A stretch of DNA of 64,000 nt from an uncultured Alphaproteobacteria bacterium (GTDB taxonomy: Bacteria; Pseudomonadota; Alphaproteobacteria; Rhodobacterales; Rhodobacteraceae). The stretch is from the NCBI GenBank assembly GCA_963836255.1, contig CAWIIL010000003.1, positions 9,910 through 73,909 of the forward strand, given 5' to 3'. Shown one piece after another: positions 39,664-48,799 of this stretch. The first letter of the stretch is position 1, and each line of letters begins with the position of its first letter. The notes below the pieces were generated by a model that saw only the letters and a program-made list of their open reading frames with translations, did no database searches and was not told where the DNA came from. A program made the position numbers and the translations under genes.

Positions 39664-40152
39664 TTAGCGCCCCACGGCCCCGAGATGCCCGAGCCGGTCT
39701 AGCAAACCCTGCAGGATGTAGCCCGCCGCCACATGGTCGATCACCTCGGCCCGGCGGCGCCGCGAGACGTCTGCCTCGAGCAGCGCGCGCTCGGCGGCCA
39801 CGGTCGAGAGCCGCTCGTCCCAGAACATGATCGGCGGCGGGTCGAGCCGGGCGAGATTGCGCGCGAAGGCTCGCGTCGACTGGGCGCGCGGTCCCTCGCT
39901 TCCATCCATGTTGATGGGCAGCCCAACCACAATTCCGCAGACCGCCCGGTCGGCGGCGATGGCCAGCAGCGCCTCGGCGTCGAGGCCGAAGCGCCGACGC
40001 TTCACCGTCCGGAGGGGCGTCGCCACCCGCCTGAAGCCGTCGGAGACCGCGACGCCGATAGTCTTCTCGCCGAAGTCGACGCCCATCAACGCGCCGCGGT
40101 CGGGCAGGGCCGCGGCGAAGGCGGCGACGTCGCCGAAGACCTCGGCCGTCAC
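39664..40152 (-). CDS. ruvX: Holliday-junction resolvase-like nuclease RuvX/YqgF
   Basis: LMGVDFGEKTIGVAVSD, VGLPINMDGSEGP, DERLST. GTG start overlaps the ccmI stop (GTGA). Confidence 0.85.
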   Translation of the reverse strand: MTAEVFGDVAAFAAALPDRGALMGVDFGEKTIGVAVSDGFRRVATPLRTVKRRRFGLDAEALLAIAADRAVCGIVVGLPINMDGSEGPRAQSTRAFARNLARLDPPPIMFWDERLSTVAAERALLEADVSRRRRAEVIDHVAAGYILQGLLDRLGHLGAVGR

Positions 40153-41384
40153 TGGATGACTTCGCCGTCGCGCGCCGCCTGTTCGAGCACCGCCAGAGCT
40201 GCTGGATCGTCGGCGTAGGCTGTGCGCGCCGCGTCCCAGGCGGTTGCGGCGTCGGCGATGCGGCCCATCACCCCGAGCGAGCGGATAAGCCGCGCCCAGT
40301 CCTCGGGCGGGCCGCCCTCTGCTTCGAGCCGTCCGCCGAGCTGGTCGACCATGCCCGCGATCATCGCCTCGCGCTCCTCCGCGCTCAGCGCCGCGGCCGC
40401 CTCCATCTCGTCGAGGTTCGGGCCTGATGGCGGATCGGGCGGAGGCATGCCGGCCATTTGGGCGATCTCGTCGATCTGGCCATGGACCGCCGCAATCCAG
40501 GGCGCATCGGGCGGCCCGTCGCGCAAGAGGCCCATCCACAGGTCGTAGGCGATCTCCGGACGCCCGCCCTGGGCCGCGGACAGGCCGGCGTAGTAGCGGC
40601 CGAGTGGATCGCCCGGATCGATCTCGAGCGCGCGCCGGATCGCGCCCTCGGCTTCGGGGGACACGTACCCGTTGGCGGCGATGATCATCAACTCGCCCCA
40701 TTCGACCAGTTCGCCCGGCGTCGCAGCCGCGCCGCGCAAATCGACCACGCGCCCCTGCGCTGCATGCGCCTCCGACCAGCGGCCGAGCGCGGCCATGCTG
40801 CGCGCCATCAGCCGGAAGCCCTCTGTGTCGTCGGGCCGGTCCTGGAGAGCTGCGGCGAGCCGCTCGACCATCGCGACGTCCTCCGGGGCTACTTGCATCG
40901 CGGATGGGGCGGCGCCATCGGCTGCGATCATCGCCTCTGCGGCCACCTGGTCTGGGCGCCCGGCGTAGGCGTCAGCCATCAGCGCCCGCCGCACCTCGAG
41001 CGGCTGGTCACCGTAGCCCGGTCGACCGATCGTCGCGTAGAGCCCGCCGGCGGCGGCGAGCCCCGCTACGATGGCGAGCGCGCCGACGATCCGCGATGCC
41101 GCCCGCGGCTCGATCGCGCCGGTGCTCTCGGCCGCCTCCGCGTCCGCCGCGGCCAGCAACCGGCGGGCGACCTCGGCGCGGGAGGCCTCCGCCTCGCGCG
41201 CCTCGAGCACCCCGCGGCCTAGGTCCGCGTCGATTTCGCGCATCTGGTCGCGATAGACCTGCATGTCGTAGCTCGCCCGCCGGCCGGCGCGTGCGCGCCC
41301 ACGCATGAGCGGCGCGAAGACAAGCGCCAGAACCACAAGGCCGAAGCCCGCCGCGATCGCCCAGAAGACTGTTTCGGAAGGCAT
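40149..41384 (-). CDS. ccmI: c-type cytochrome biogenesis protein CcmI/CycH
   Basis: N-terminal TM, then YDMQVYRDQMREIDADL, second TM, C-terminal TPR-like region. ATG 41384. Confidence 0.8.
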   Translation of the reverse strand: MPSETVFWAIAAGFGLVVLALVFAPLMRGRARAGRRASYDMQVYRDQMREIDADLGRGVLEAREAEASRAEVARRLLAAADAEAAESTGAIEPRAASRIVGALAIVAGLAAAGGLYATIGRPGYGDQPLEVRRALMADAYAGRPDQVAAEAMIAADGAAPSAMQVAPEDVAMVERLAAALQDRPDDTEGFRLMARSMAALGRWSEAHAAQGRVVDLRGAAATPGELVEWGELMIIAANGYVSPEAEGAIRRALEIDPGDPLGRYYAGLSAAQGGRPEIAYDLWMGLLRDGPPDAPWIAAVHGQIDEIAQMAGMPPPDPPSGPNLDEMEAAAALSAEEREAMIAGMVDQLGGRLEAEGGPPEDWARLIRSLGVMGRIADAATAWDAARTAYADDPAALAVLEQAARDGEVIQ

Positions 41385-41591
41385 ATCGCCCCTTTCCCCT
41401 GCGGTCGCGACCCTACCGACGCTAGCGGTTGGGCGCAACGGCGCGCGGTTGCCCGGAGCGCGTCCGGACCGGTCTCGGCGTCGACAATGTCGTGAACGGA
41501 AACCCAAGCGACGGAACCGGGATTGGCGCTCGTCGCCGATTGCGGCAAGACGGTTGTAACGTCACTGGCCCCCCGACGGAGCACCGCGCCG

Positions 41592-42839
41592 ATGCGCCGC
41601 TATTCAGCCTTCGCCATCGCGCGGGAAGCCCTGCGCCAGCACAGCGGCTGGAGGCGCGCCTGGGCCTCGCCCGAGCCGCGATCCTCCTACGACGTGGTGA
41701 TCGTCGGCGCGGGCGGTCACGGGCTCGCGACGGCATACTATCTCGCCAAGCGCCACGGCGTGACCAACGTCGCGGTGCTCGAGAAGGGCTGGCTCGGCGG
41801 TGGCAACACCGGGCGTAACACCACGATAATCCGTTCGAACTATCTCCAGCCCGCTTCGGCGGCGATCTACGAGCTCTCTCGGTCGCTCTACGAGACGCTG
41901 AGCCAAGAGCTCAATTTCAACATCATGTTCTCGCCGCGCGGCGTTATGCTTCTCGCCCAGACCGAGAACGAGAGGCGCGCGCTCCAGCGCACCGCCCACG
42001 CCAACCGGCTGGCCAGGATCGACACCGAGATGATAACCCCCGCCGCGGTCAAGCGCCTGGCGCCCTGCATAAACCTCGCGGGTCCTCGCTATCCCGTGTT
42101 AGGCGCGCTCTGGCAGCCGCGCGGTGGCACCGCGCGCCATGACGCGGTGGCCTGGGGCTACGCGCGCGCCGCCTCTGACATGGGCGTGCACATCATCCAG
42201 AACTGCGAGGTCCAGGGCGTCGACCGCGACGCGACTGGCGTCATCGGCGTGCGCACCTCCAGGGGGGCGATCGCCTGCAGGAAACTCTGCATCGTCGTGG
42301 CCGGCTCCTCCGGCGTTCTGGCCGACATGGCCGGCTTCCGGCTGCCGGTCGAATCGGTTGCGCTGCAGGCGCTGGTTTCCGAGCCGATCAAGCCCGCGAT
42401 CGACTGCGTTATCATGGCCAACACCGTGCATGGCTACATCTCGCAGTCCGACAAGGGCGAAATGGTGATCGGCGGCGGCGCGGACGGCTACAACAACTAC
42501 ACCCAGCGCGGCAGCTTCCAGCACATCGAGGAGACGCTGCGCGCGCTCATCGAGACCTTTCCGATGCTCTCGCGGCTGAAGATGCTTCGCCATTGGGGTG
42601 GCATCGTCGACATGACAGGCGACCGCTCGCCGATCATCGGCGCGACGCCGGTGCCGGGGATCTTCATAAACTGCGGCTGGGGCACGGGCGGCTTCAAGGC
42701 GATCCCAGGCTCGGGCGTGGCGACCGCCGAGATGGTGGCGAATGGCTCGCCGGGGGCGGTCGCCGGGCCCTTTGGCCTCGACCGCTTCACCGATGGCCGA
42801 ATGATCGACGAGAGCGTCGCCGCAGCGGTGGCGCACTGA
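41592..42839 (+). CDS. soxB: sarcosine oxidase beta subunit
   Basis: YDVVIVGAGGHGLATAYYLA FAD motif. 415 aa. First gene of the sox operon. Confidence 0.95.
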   Translation: MRRYSAFAIAREALRQHSGWRRAWASPEPRSSYDVVIVGAGGHGLATAYYLAKRHGVTNVAVLEKGWLGGGNTGRNTTIIRSNYLQPASAAIYELSRSLYETLSQELNFNIMFSPRGVMLLAQTENERRALQRTAHANRLARIDTEMITPAAVKRLAPCINLAGPRYPVLGALWQPRGGTARHDAVAWGYARAASDMGVHIIQNCEVQGVDRDATGVIGVRTSRGAIACRKLCIVVAGSSGVLADMAGFRLPVESVALQALVSEPIKPAIDCVIMANTVHGYISQSDKGEMVIGGGADGYNNYTQRGSFQHIEETLRALIETFPMLSRLKMLRHWGGIVDMTGDRSPIIGATPVPGIFINCGWGTGGFKAIPGSGVATAEMVANGSPGAVAGPFGLDRFTDGRMIDESVAAAVAH

Positions 42840-43237
42840 TGGACAAGTTCGAGAGCCTCGCCGGAGTGGAAGTCGAGCCCGATGCGTTTGATCTCGCGCT
42901 GCACATTGTCGCTGACATGAGCGACGAGGAGATGGAAGAGCACGACCTGATCGACGTCGCCAGCACCGCCTTCATCGAGTGGTCGGGCGTGATCGGTGAC
43001 GACATGAGCGCGCGCGATATCGGGACGGTGCACACGCTGCATGCGAGGCTGTTGGCGCTGTTCCGGCTGGTCGACGCGGACGCCGATACCCACCTGATGC
43101 CCGTCAGTGGCGGCGACGCTGCGCGACGCGCTGTGGCCGAGGCGGCCTGCTTCTCCAAGTTGTGCGAGGAAGACGGCGAGCCCGCCTTCCGGTTGGCTGA
43201 TTTCGTCTCCCGCAGCCAGGGAGCCCCGCTTCAATGA
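42839..43237 (+). CDS. hypothetical acidic protein inserted between soxB and soxD
   Basis: ATG overlaps the soxB stop (TGATG). 132 aa, high G/C third-position bias. Ends 16 nt before soxD. No family recognised. Confidence 0.6.
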   Translation: MDKFESLAGVEVEPDAFDLALHIVADMSDEEMEEHDLIDVASTAFIEWSGVIGDDMSARDIGTVHTLHARLLALFRLVDADADTHLMPVSGGDAARRAVAEAACFSKLCEEDGEPAFRLADFVSRSQGAPLQ

Positions 43238-43253
43238 CCGTACGAGGTTTCGC

Positions 43254-43577
43254 ATGCTGCTGCTGACCTGTCCCTGCTGCGGCGTCGACGGCGAGGAGAC
43301 CGAGTTCGTCGCCGGCGGCGAGGCGCATCTGACGCGCGTGGGACCGGGCAGCGACGACGACGCCTTCCGCGCCTATTTGTTCGAGCGTCGCAACCCGCGC
43401 GGCGTGCATTTCGAGCGCTGGCGCCACGCCTACGGCTGCGGCAAGTGGTTCCACATCGCCCGCGACACCGCGACGCTCGAGATCTTCGGGAGCTATTCCG
43501 CCCAAACCACCAGACCGCCGGAGGAAATCCTGCAACACATCCGTGCGCGCCGGCCCGGCTGGGAGTACTCCGCATGA
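43254..43577 (+). CDS. soxD: sarcosine oxidase delta subunit
   Basis: MLLLTCPCCGVDGEETEF...HAYGCGKWF zinc-ribbon-like motif. 107 aa. Confidence 0.9.
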   Translation: MLLLTCPCCGVDGEETEFVAGGEAHLTRVGPGSDDDAFRAYLFERRNPRGVHFERWRHAYGCGKWFHIARDTATLEIFGSYSAQTTRPPEEILQHIRARRPGWEYSA

Positions 43578-46567
43578 GCGGGCGTCTGGCCGATGGCGGC
43601 CTGCTGATCGACCGGTCCGCGCCGGTTTCGTTCACTTGGAACGGGCGACGGCTGCGCGGCTTTCGGGGCGACACGCTGGCCTCGGCGCTGCTCGCCAATG
43701 GCCGCACGCTCGTCGGGCGCAGCTTCAAGTACCATCGTCCTCGCGGGGTCGTCGCCAGCGGCCCCGAGGAGCCCAACGCCCTCGTCAACCTCGGTTCCGG
43801 CGCGCGCTTCGAGCCCAACGCCCGCGCCACCACCACCGAACTCCGCGACGGTCTCGCCGCCCGGAGCCAGAACCATTGGCCAAGCCTTGAGTACGACGTC
43901 GGCGCGCTCAATGCGCTGATTGCGCCGATGTTTCCGGCAGGCTTCTACTACAAGACCTTCATCCATCCGCGCGCCGCTTGGAAGCATCTCTTCGAGCCAG
44001 TCATCCGCCAGTCGGCCGGTCTCGGCGCCGCGCCGTCCGATCCCGACGCCGATCGCTACGAGTACTTCTACGCCCATGTCGACGTCCTGATCGCCGGCGG
44101 CGGGCTAGCCGGCCTTGTCGCTGCCCGCGCCGCCGGGGCCGCCGGCGCGCGCGTGTTGCTGATGGAGCAGACGCCCCATCTCGGCGGCCGCGCCCGGGTG
44201 GATCTGGACGACGGCCCGGCGCTCGTCGCGCGGCTCGCCGCCGATCTCGCCGCCATGCCGAACGTCGCCGTCAGGACCCGGGCCATGGTCGCGGGCGTCT
44301 ACGACCACGGCTATGCGCTGGCCAGCGAGTTGCTGTCCGAGGCCGGCGCGAGCGGTCCGCGTCAGCGGCTATGGCGGATCCGCGCCGGTCGCATCGTCAC
44401 CGCAACCGGGGCGATCGAGCGCCCGCTCGCCTTCGCCGGCAACGACCTGCCCGGCGTCATGCTGGCCTCCGCCGTGCGGGACTACGCGACGCTCTGGGGC
44501 GTCGCGCCGGGCGCGCGGACCGTGCTCGTCACCAACAACGACGACGCCTATCGCACGGCGATCGCCCTGAAGAAAGCGGGGCTCGAGGTCCCGGCCGTCC
44601 TCGACGCGCGGCCCGGGGCGCAGGGTGCGCTTCCCGCCGTGGCCCGCTCGCTGGGCGTGCGCGTGGCTGAAGGCTGCGGGATCGCTGCAGTCAAGGGCGG
44701 CAAGACGGTCATCGGCGTGCGCGTCTGTCGCCAGGACGGTGCGGGGGACGTCATCGAGGAGATCACCTGCGACGCCGTGGCGATGTCGGGCGGCTGGTCG
44801 CCGGTGGTGCATCTGTGGTCGCATTGCGGCGGCAAGCTGGCTTGGAACGAGGCGCAGGCGTTCTTCGCGCCCGACCCCGACCGCCCGCCCACAGGGCGCG
44901 ACGGCGCGGGTTTCGTGGCCGCCGCCGGGGCCGCCTCCGGCGAGCTTTTCGCCGACGACGTGGTCGCCAACGCCACCCACGCCGGCGCCAGCGTCGCCGC
45001 CGGTTGCGGCTTCGAGGGCGTGGCCCCGCCGCCGCCGGACGTGCATGCGCCCGACGAGGTCGCGCTTGCGCCCGCCTGGTCGATGCCCGCGCGCGCGAGC
45101 GACAAGCTCCGCGCCAAGGCGTTCCTCGATTTCCAGAACGACGTGAAGGTTTCCGATGTGCGCCTAGCCGCGCAGGAGGGCTACGTCAGCGTCGAGCATA
45201 CCAAGCGCTACACCACGCTCGGCATGGCGACAGACCAGGGAAAGCTCTCCAACATCAACGGCCTCGCCGTTCTTGCGGATGCGCTGGCCGCACCGATCCC
45301 ACAGGTGGGCACCACGACCTTCCGCCCGCCCTATGCGCCGATCACCTTCGGGGCGCTGGCCGGCGAGGCGCGGCTCGATCTCTTCAAGCCCACGCGGCGG
45401 ACCCCGATCGACGGCTGGTCTGACACGCGCGGCGCGCACTGGGAGCCGGTGGGCGACTGGCGGCGGCCCTACGCATATCCGCGCCCGGGCGAGAGCGTCG
45501 CGGCCGCGGTGACCCGCGAGATCCTCAACACCCGCAACGCGGTGGGTCTCCTCGACGCCTCCACTCTCGGCAAGATCATGGTGAAGGGACCGGACGCCGG
45601 CCGCTTTCTCGACCTTCTCTACACCAACATGATGTCGAGCCTCGCCGTCGGGCGCTGCCGCTACGGGCTGATGTGCACCGAGAACGGCTTTCTCTTTGAT
45701 GACGGTGTCGTGGTGCGGCTCTCCGCGGACACCTTCCTGTGCCACACCACTTCCGGCGGCTCGGACCGGGTGCACGCCTGGATGGAGGAATGGCTTCAGA
45801 CTGAATGGTGGGACTTTAGGGTCTTCACGGCCAATCTCACCGAGCAGTACGCCCAAGTGGCCGTAGTCGGACCACAGGCGCGCCGCCTTCTCGAGGCGCT
45901 GGGAGGCATGGACCTCTCCGCCGAGACGCTGCCGTTCATGGCCGTCGCCGAGGGCCGGCTCGCCGGCATTCCCGCCCGGGTTCACCGTATCTCGTTCTCG
46001 GGCGAGCTCAGCTACGAGATCGCCGTGCCCGCCGACCGCGGCCAGGAGTTCTGGGACCGGGCGATGGTCGCAGGCGCTCCGCTCGGTGCGCAGCCCTACG
46101 GCACCGAAGCGCTGCACGTCATGCGCGCCGAGAAGGGCTTCATCATGATCGGCGACGAGACCGACGGCACGGTGACGCCGCAGGATCTTAACCTCGGCTG
46201 GGCGGTCTCCAAGAAGAAGGACGACTTCATCGGCAAGCGCGCCCATGCCCGCGCCGACCTGACCCGTCCCGATCGAAAACAACTCGTCGGCCTGCGCACG
46301 GAGAAGCCGACGGAGGTGCTGCCCGAGGGCGCCCACGCGGTCGAGGGGCGCGTCGTCTTCGCCGGGCCCACGCGCACGATCGGCCATGTCACGTCGACCT
46401 ACTTCTCGCCGACGCTTGGCCATTCGATCGCCATGGCGCTGATCGAGCGTGGCTCGGAGCGGATGGGAGAAACGTTGCGCTTTCCGGTCGGCGACGACCG
46501 CGAGATCAGGGCTACGGTTGTCGATCCGGTGTTTCTCGACAAGGAAGGGAGCCGCCAGAATGTCTGA
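43574..46567 (+). CDS. soxA: sarcosine oxidase alpha subunit
   Basis: ATG overlaps the soxD stop (ATGA). FKYHRPRG, GGGLAGL, C-terminal folate-binding GcvT-like domain. 997 aa. Confidence 0.95.
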   Translation: MSGRLADGGLLIDRSAPVSFTWNGRRLRGFRGDTLASALLANGRTLVGRSFKYHRPRGVVASGPEEPNALVNLGSGARFEPNARATTTELRDGLAARSQNHWPSLEYDVGALNALIAPMFPAGFYYKTFIHPRAAWKHLFEPVIRQSAGLGAAPSDPDADRYEYFYAHVDVLIAGGGLAGLVAARAAGAAGARVLLMEQTPHLGGRARVDLDDGPALVARLAADLAAMPNVAVRTRAMVAGVYDHGYALASELLSEAGASGPRQRLWRIRAGRIVTATGAIERPLAFAGNDLPGVMLASAVRDYATLWGVAPGARTVLVTNNDDAYRTAIALKKAGLEVPAVLDARPGAQGALPAVARSLGVRVAEGCGIAAVKGGKTVIGVRVCRQDGAGDVIEEITCDAVAMSGGWSPVVHLWSHCGGKLAWNEAQAFFAPDPDRPPTGRDGAGFVAAAGAASGELFADDVVANATHAGASVAAGCGFEGVAPPPPDVHAPDEVALAPAWSMPARASDKLRAKAFLDFQNDVKVSDVRLAAQEGYVSVEHTKRYTTLGMATDQGKLSNINGLAVLADALAAPIPQVGTTTFRPPYAPITFGALAGEARLDLFKPTRRTPIDGWSDTRGAHWEPVGDWRRPYAYPRPGESVAAAVTREILNTRNAVGLLDASTLGKIMVKGPDAGRFLDLLYTNMMSSLAVGRCRYGLMCTENGFLFDDGVVVRLSADTFLCHTTSGGSDRVHAWMEEWLQTEWWDFRVFTANLTEQYAQVAVVGPQARRLLEALGGMDLSAETLPFMAVAEGRLAGIPARVHRISFSGELSYEIAVPADRGQEFWDRAMVAGAPLGAQPYGTEALHVMRAEKGFIMIGDETDGTVTPQDLNLGWAVSKKKDDFIGKRAHARADLTRPDRKQLVGLRTEKPTEVLPEGAHAVEGRVVFAGPTRTIGHVTSTYFSPTLGHSIAMALIERGSERMGETLRFPVGDDREIRATVVDPVFLDKEGSRQNV

Positions 46568-47117
46568 GGCATCGGACGCGGTCGTCGTGTCCCGCCGCGC
46601 TGACGTCGGCATGGTCACGCTGCGCGGCGATCTCTCCTCGTCGTCGCTGCGCGACGCGCTGCGGGACTGCACCGGGTGCGCCGTCCCAGACATGCGCCGC
46701 ATCGTCTTCGGCGACGCGGGCGCGGCCTCGGCGTGGATGTCGCCAGACGAGCTTCTGCTGATGGGGCCTCGGGCCGTCGCGACCCACTGGCCCGCCCGGT
46801 TCGACGAGGGGCTCGGCAAGGCGCATTATCTCGCCGCCGACGTCTCCGACGCCCGCGTGGCGTTCCGTATCGCCGGTGCGCATGGCCGCGACGCGCTGGC
46901 CAAAGGCGCGCCGGTCGATCTGTCCGCCGCCGCCTTCGGCCCCGGGGACTTCCGCCGCACCCGCCTCGGCCAGGTCGCCTGCGCCTTCTGGATGCCCGAT
47001 CCTGCGACATTCGACCTCGTCTGCTTCCGCTCGGTCGCCGATTTCGTCGGGCTCTGGCTTGACAACGCCGCTGCAGGTCCGTTCCCGCAGGCGTTCGCAG
47101 CCGCCCCGACGTCTTGA
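46560..47117 (+). CDS. soxG: sarcosine oxidase gamma subunit
   Basis: ATG 46560 overlaps the soxA end. 185 aa. Operon position and size fit SoxG. Confidence 0.8.
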   Translation: MSEASDAVVVSRRADVGMVTLRGDLSSSSLRDALRDCTGCAVPDMRRIVFGDAGAASAWMSPDELLLMGPRAVATHWPARFDEGLGKAHYLAADVSDARVAFRIAGAHGRDALAKGAPVDLSAAAFGPGDFRRTRLGQVACAFWMPDPATFDLVCFRSVADFVGLWLDNAAAGPFPQAFAAAPTS

Positions 47118-47192
47118 CGGCACACCGAATCCGTCTACGCTTCAAACCATAAGTATAAAGGTCCATTCTGAGTGAGCATCGAACGAAATTCG

Positions 47193-47470
47193 ATGGTCAA
47201 GGCAGCCGTAGCCGTCCTTTTAGCATCTGCAACGGCGCCTGCTTTCGCAATCGACATCTGCGTTGAGGGCGCCTACCCGCCGTTCTCGGAGACAGCATCG
47301 AACGCAGCATCGTCAGCTTCGACATCGACATCGCCACCGCCCTCTGCGGCGAAATGGGCGAGGATTGCGAACTGGTCAAGACAGACTGGGACGGGATCAT
47401 CCCGGCGCTCCTTGAGAACAAGTGCGACGCCATCGTCGCCTCTATGTCCATCGCGCCCGAGCGTCAGCAG
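47193..47470 (+). pseudogene. remnant of a family-3 (polar amino acid) ABC substrate-binding protein gene
   Basis: Signal peptide MVKAAVAVLLASATAPAFA, then GAYPPFSE. A 1-nt deletion near 47304 shifts to the frame reading SIVSFDIDIATALCGEMGEDCELVKTDWDGIIPALLENKCDAIVASMSIAPERQQ. Homology ends near 47470. Confidence 0.7.
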
Positions 47471-47574
47471 TCATCGACTGTGGATCGGCATGCAAGATTG
47501 GAGTTCCCCTGGATCCGTGTACAGTTAGAGCATTTCCGCGTCGGATTGAGTCGCGGGGGATTCCGATCTGACGG

Positions 47575-47754
47575 ATGGCAGCGAAGATCGGCCATCGCGT
47601 CGTCTTGCGAGACGTCGAAGGCTTGCTGGTCGCAGACATTCGAAACGGCGACTTCGCGCCCGGCTATACTCGGGAAGACTGGTTCTATCTGCGGGATGGC
47701 TATCTCGTGCTCGACGACGAGGTCGGGCTAGTGCACGTCCCGTCGGGCACTTAG
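47575..47754 (+). CDS. possible small ORF (59 aa), not in the ORF track
   Basis: ATG 47575 to TAG 47752-47754 (MAAKIGHRVVLRDVEGLLVADIRNGDFAPGYTREDWFYLRDGYLVLDDEVGLVHVPSGT). About 75 percent G/C at third positions. No family recognised. Confidence 0.25.
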   Translation: MAAKIGHRVVLRDVEGLLVADIRNGDFAPGYTREDWFYLRDGYLVLDDEVGLVHVPSGT

Positions 47755-47814
47755 CCGGCCGCGCAACTCGGACCCCGCCCTAATGCGGCCGAGGGCACAA
47801 CCCTATCGGACGCA

Positions 47815-48768
47815 TTGGTGGCCCGACTGCGCGAACGCCTGACCGCTTATGACGGCCGCTCTCCCACCATCCCGTCCGAGGCGGCGGCGCAGTGCCGTGA
47901 CGCGCCCGGATTTCTCTCCGCCGTCATCGGGCTTGCGGCCGACGATGACCGAATGATCTCCGAAGCCGCCACATGGATCCTGAAAGACGATCTGGAGGCC
48001 GAGGCCACGTTGGACAGGGCCATGACGGACGGCCTGATCGCTGGGCTGGACAGGCTGGAGGCATGGCAGGCCAAACTGCACATCTGTCAGGCCGTGGGTC
48101 ATCTGGACGTGCCGGAGACGGCACGCGAGACCCTACGTAGCTGGTTGACTCCGCTCCTTGACGCCGAGCGGCCATTCCTGCGGGCCTGGGCGCTCGACGC
48201 CCTGTGCCACCTGCCGGGCACTCGGGTCGACGCGCTGCTGAGCCGAATGGCCGAGGACAGGTCGGCCTCCGTCCGGGCCCGTGTGCGGAACCTGGCTCGG
48301 GGACAGCCCAAGGCGAAGGTCAGGCCCGTGCAGGACGCCGACCGCTCCTCGATCGTCGCTCTCGCGGTCCACCCCGATCAGGCGGACCATGTAGCCTCGA
48401 ACGAGATCAGCCTCGCAGAGGCCGCCGAGGAAGTGGGTAGCCATCCCTTCTGCGTGACCGCCAAGAGCCGGATCGTTGGATTTCCACTTGCCGTCGACAT
48501 GGCGGAACTGGATCCGCCCTCCACCCTGTTCGGCCCCGACGACGCCTATCTCTGGCGTTTCATGATCTCGGCGGATTGGCAGGGCCGCGGCTACGGCCGG
48601 CAGGCGATGGCGTGGTTTCACGACTGGGCAAGGAGGCGCGGCAAGACGCGGCTGGTCCTGACCGTGCGCGAGGACAACAGCGCAGGCCGAGCGTTCTATG
48701 CCTCGGTCGGATACCGACCCACGGGCCGGGTGCGGAACGGCGAGGTCAAGTATGCGCGGGACACGTAA
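47815..48768 (+). CDS. fusion protein: alpha-helical HEAT-like N-domain plus GNAT N-acetyltransferase C-domain
   Basis: TTG start. The C-terminal 150 aa carry the GNAT acetyl-CoA motif WQGRGYGRQAM. The N-terminal 165 aa are helical repeats (RAWALDALCHLPG, SASVRARV). Confidence 0.65.
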   Translation: MVARLRERLTAYDGRSPTIPSEAAAQCRDAPGFLSAVIGLAADDDRMISEAATWILKDDLEAEATLDRAMTDGLIAGLDRLEAWQAKLHICQAVGHLDVPETARETLRSWLTPLLDAERPFLRAWALDALCHLPGTRVDALLSRMAEDRSASVRARVRNLARGQPKAKVRPVQDADRSSIVALAVHPDQADHVASNEISLAEAAEEVGSHPFCVTAKSRIVGFPLAVDMAELDPPSTLFGPDDAYLWRFMISADWQGRGYGRQAMAWFHDWARRRGKTRLVLTVREDNSAGRAFYASVGYRPTGRVRNGEVKYARDT

Positions 48769-48799
48769 TCTGCCGCAGAGGCGCAGGGCGCCGGGACCG

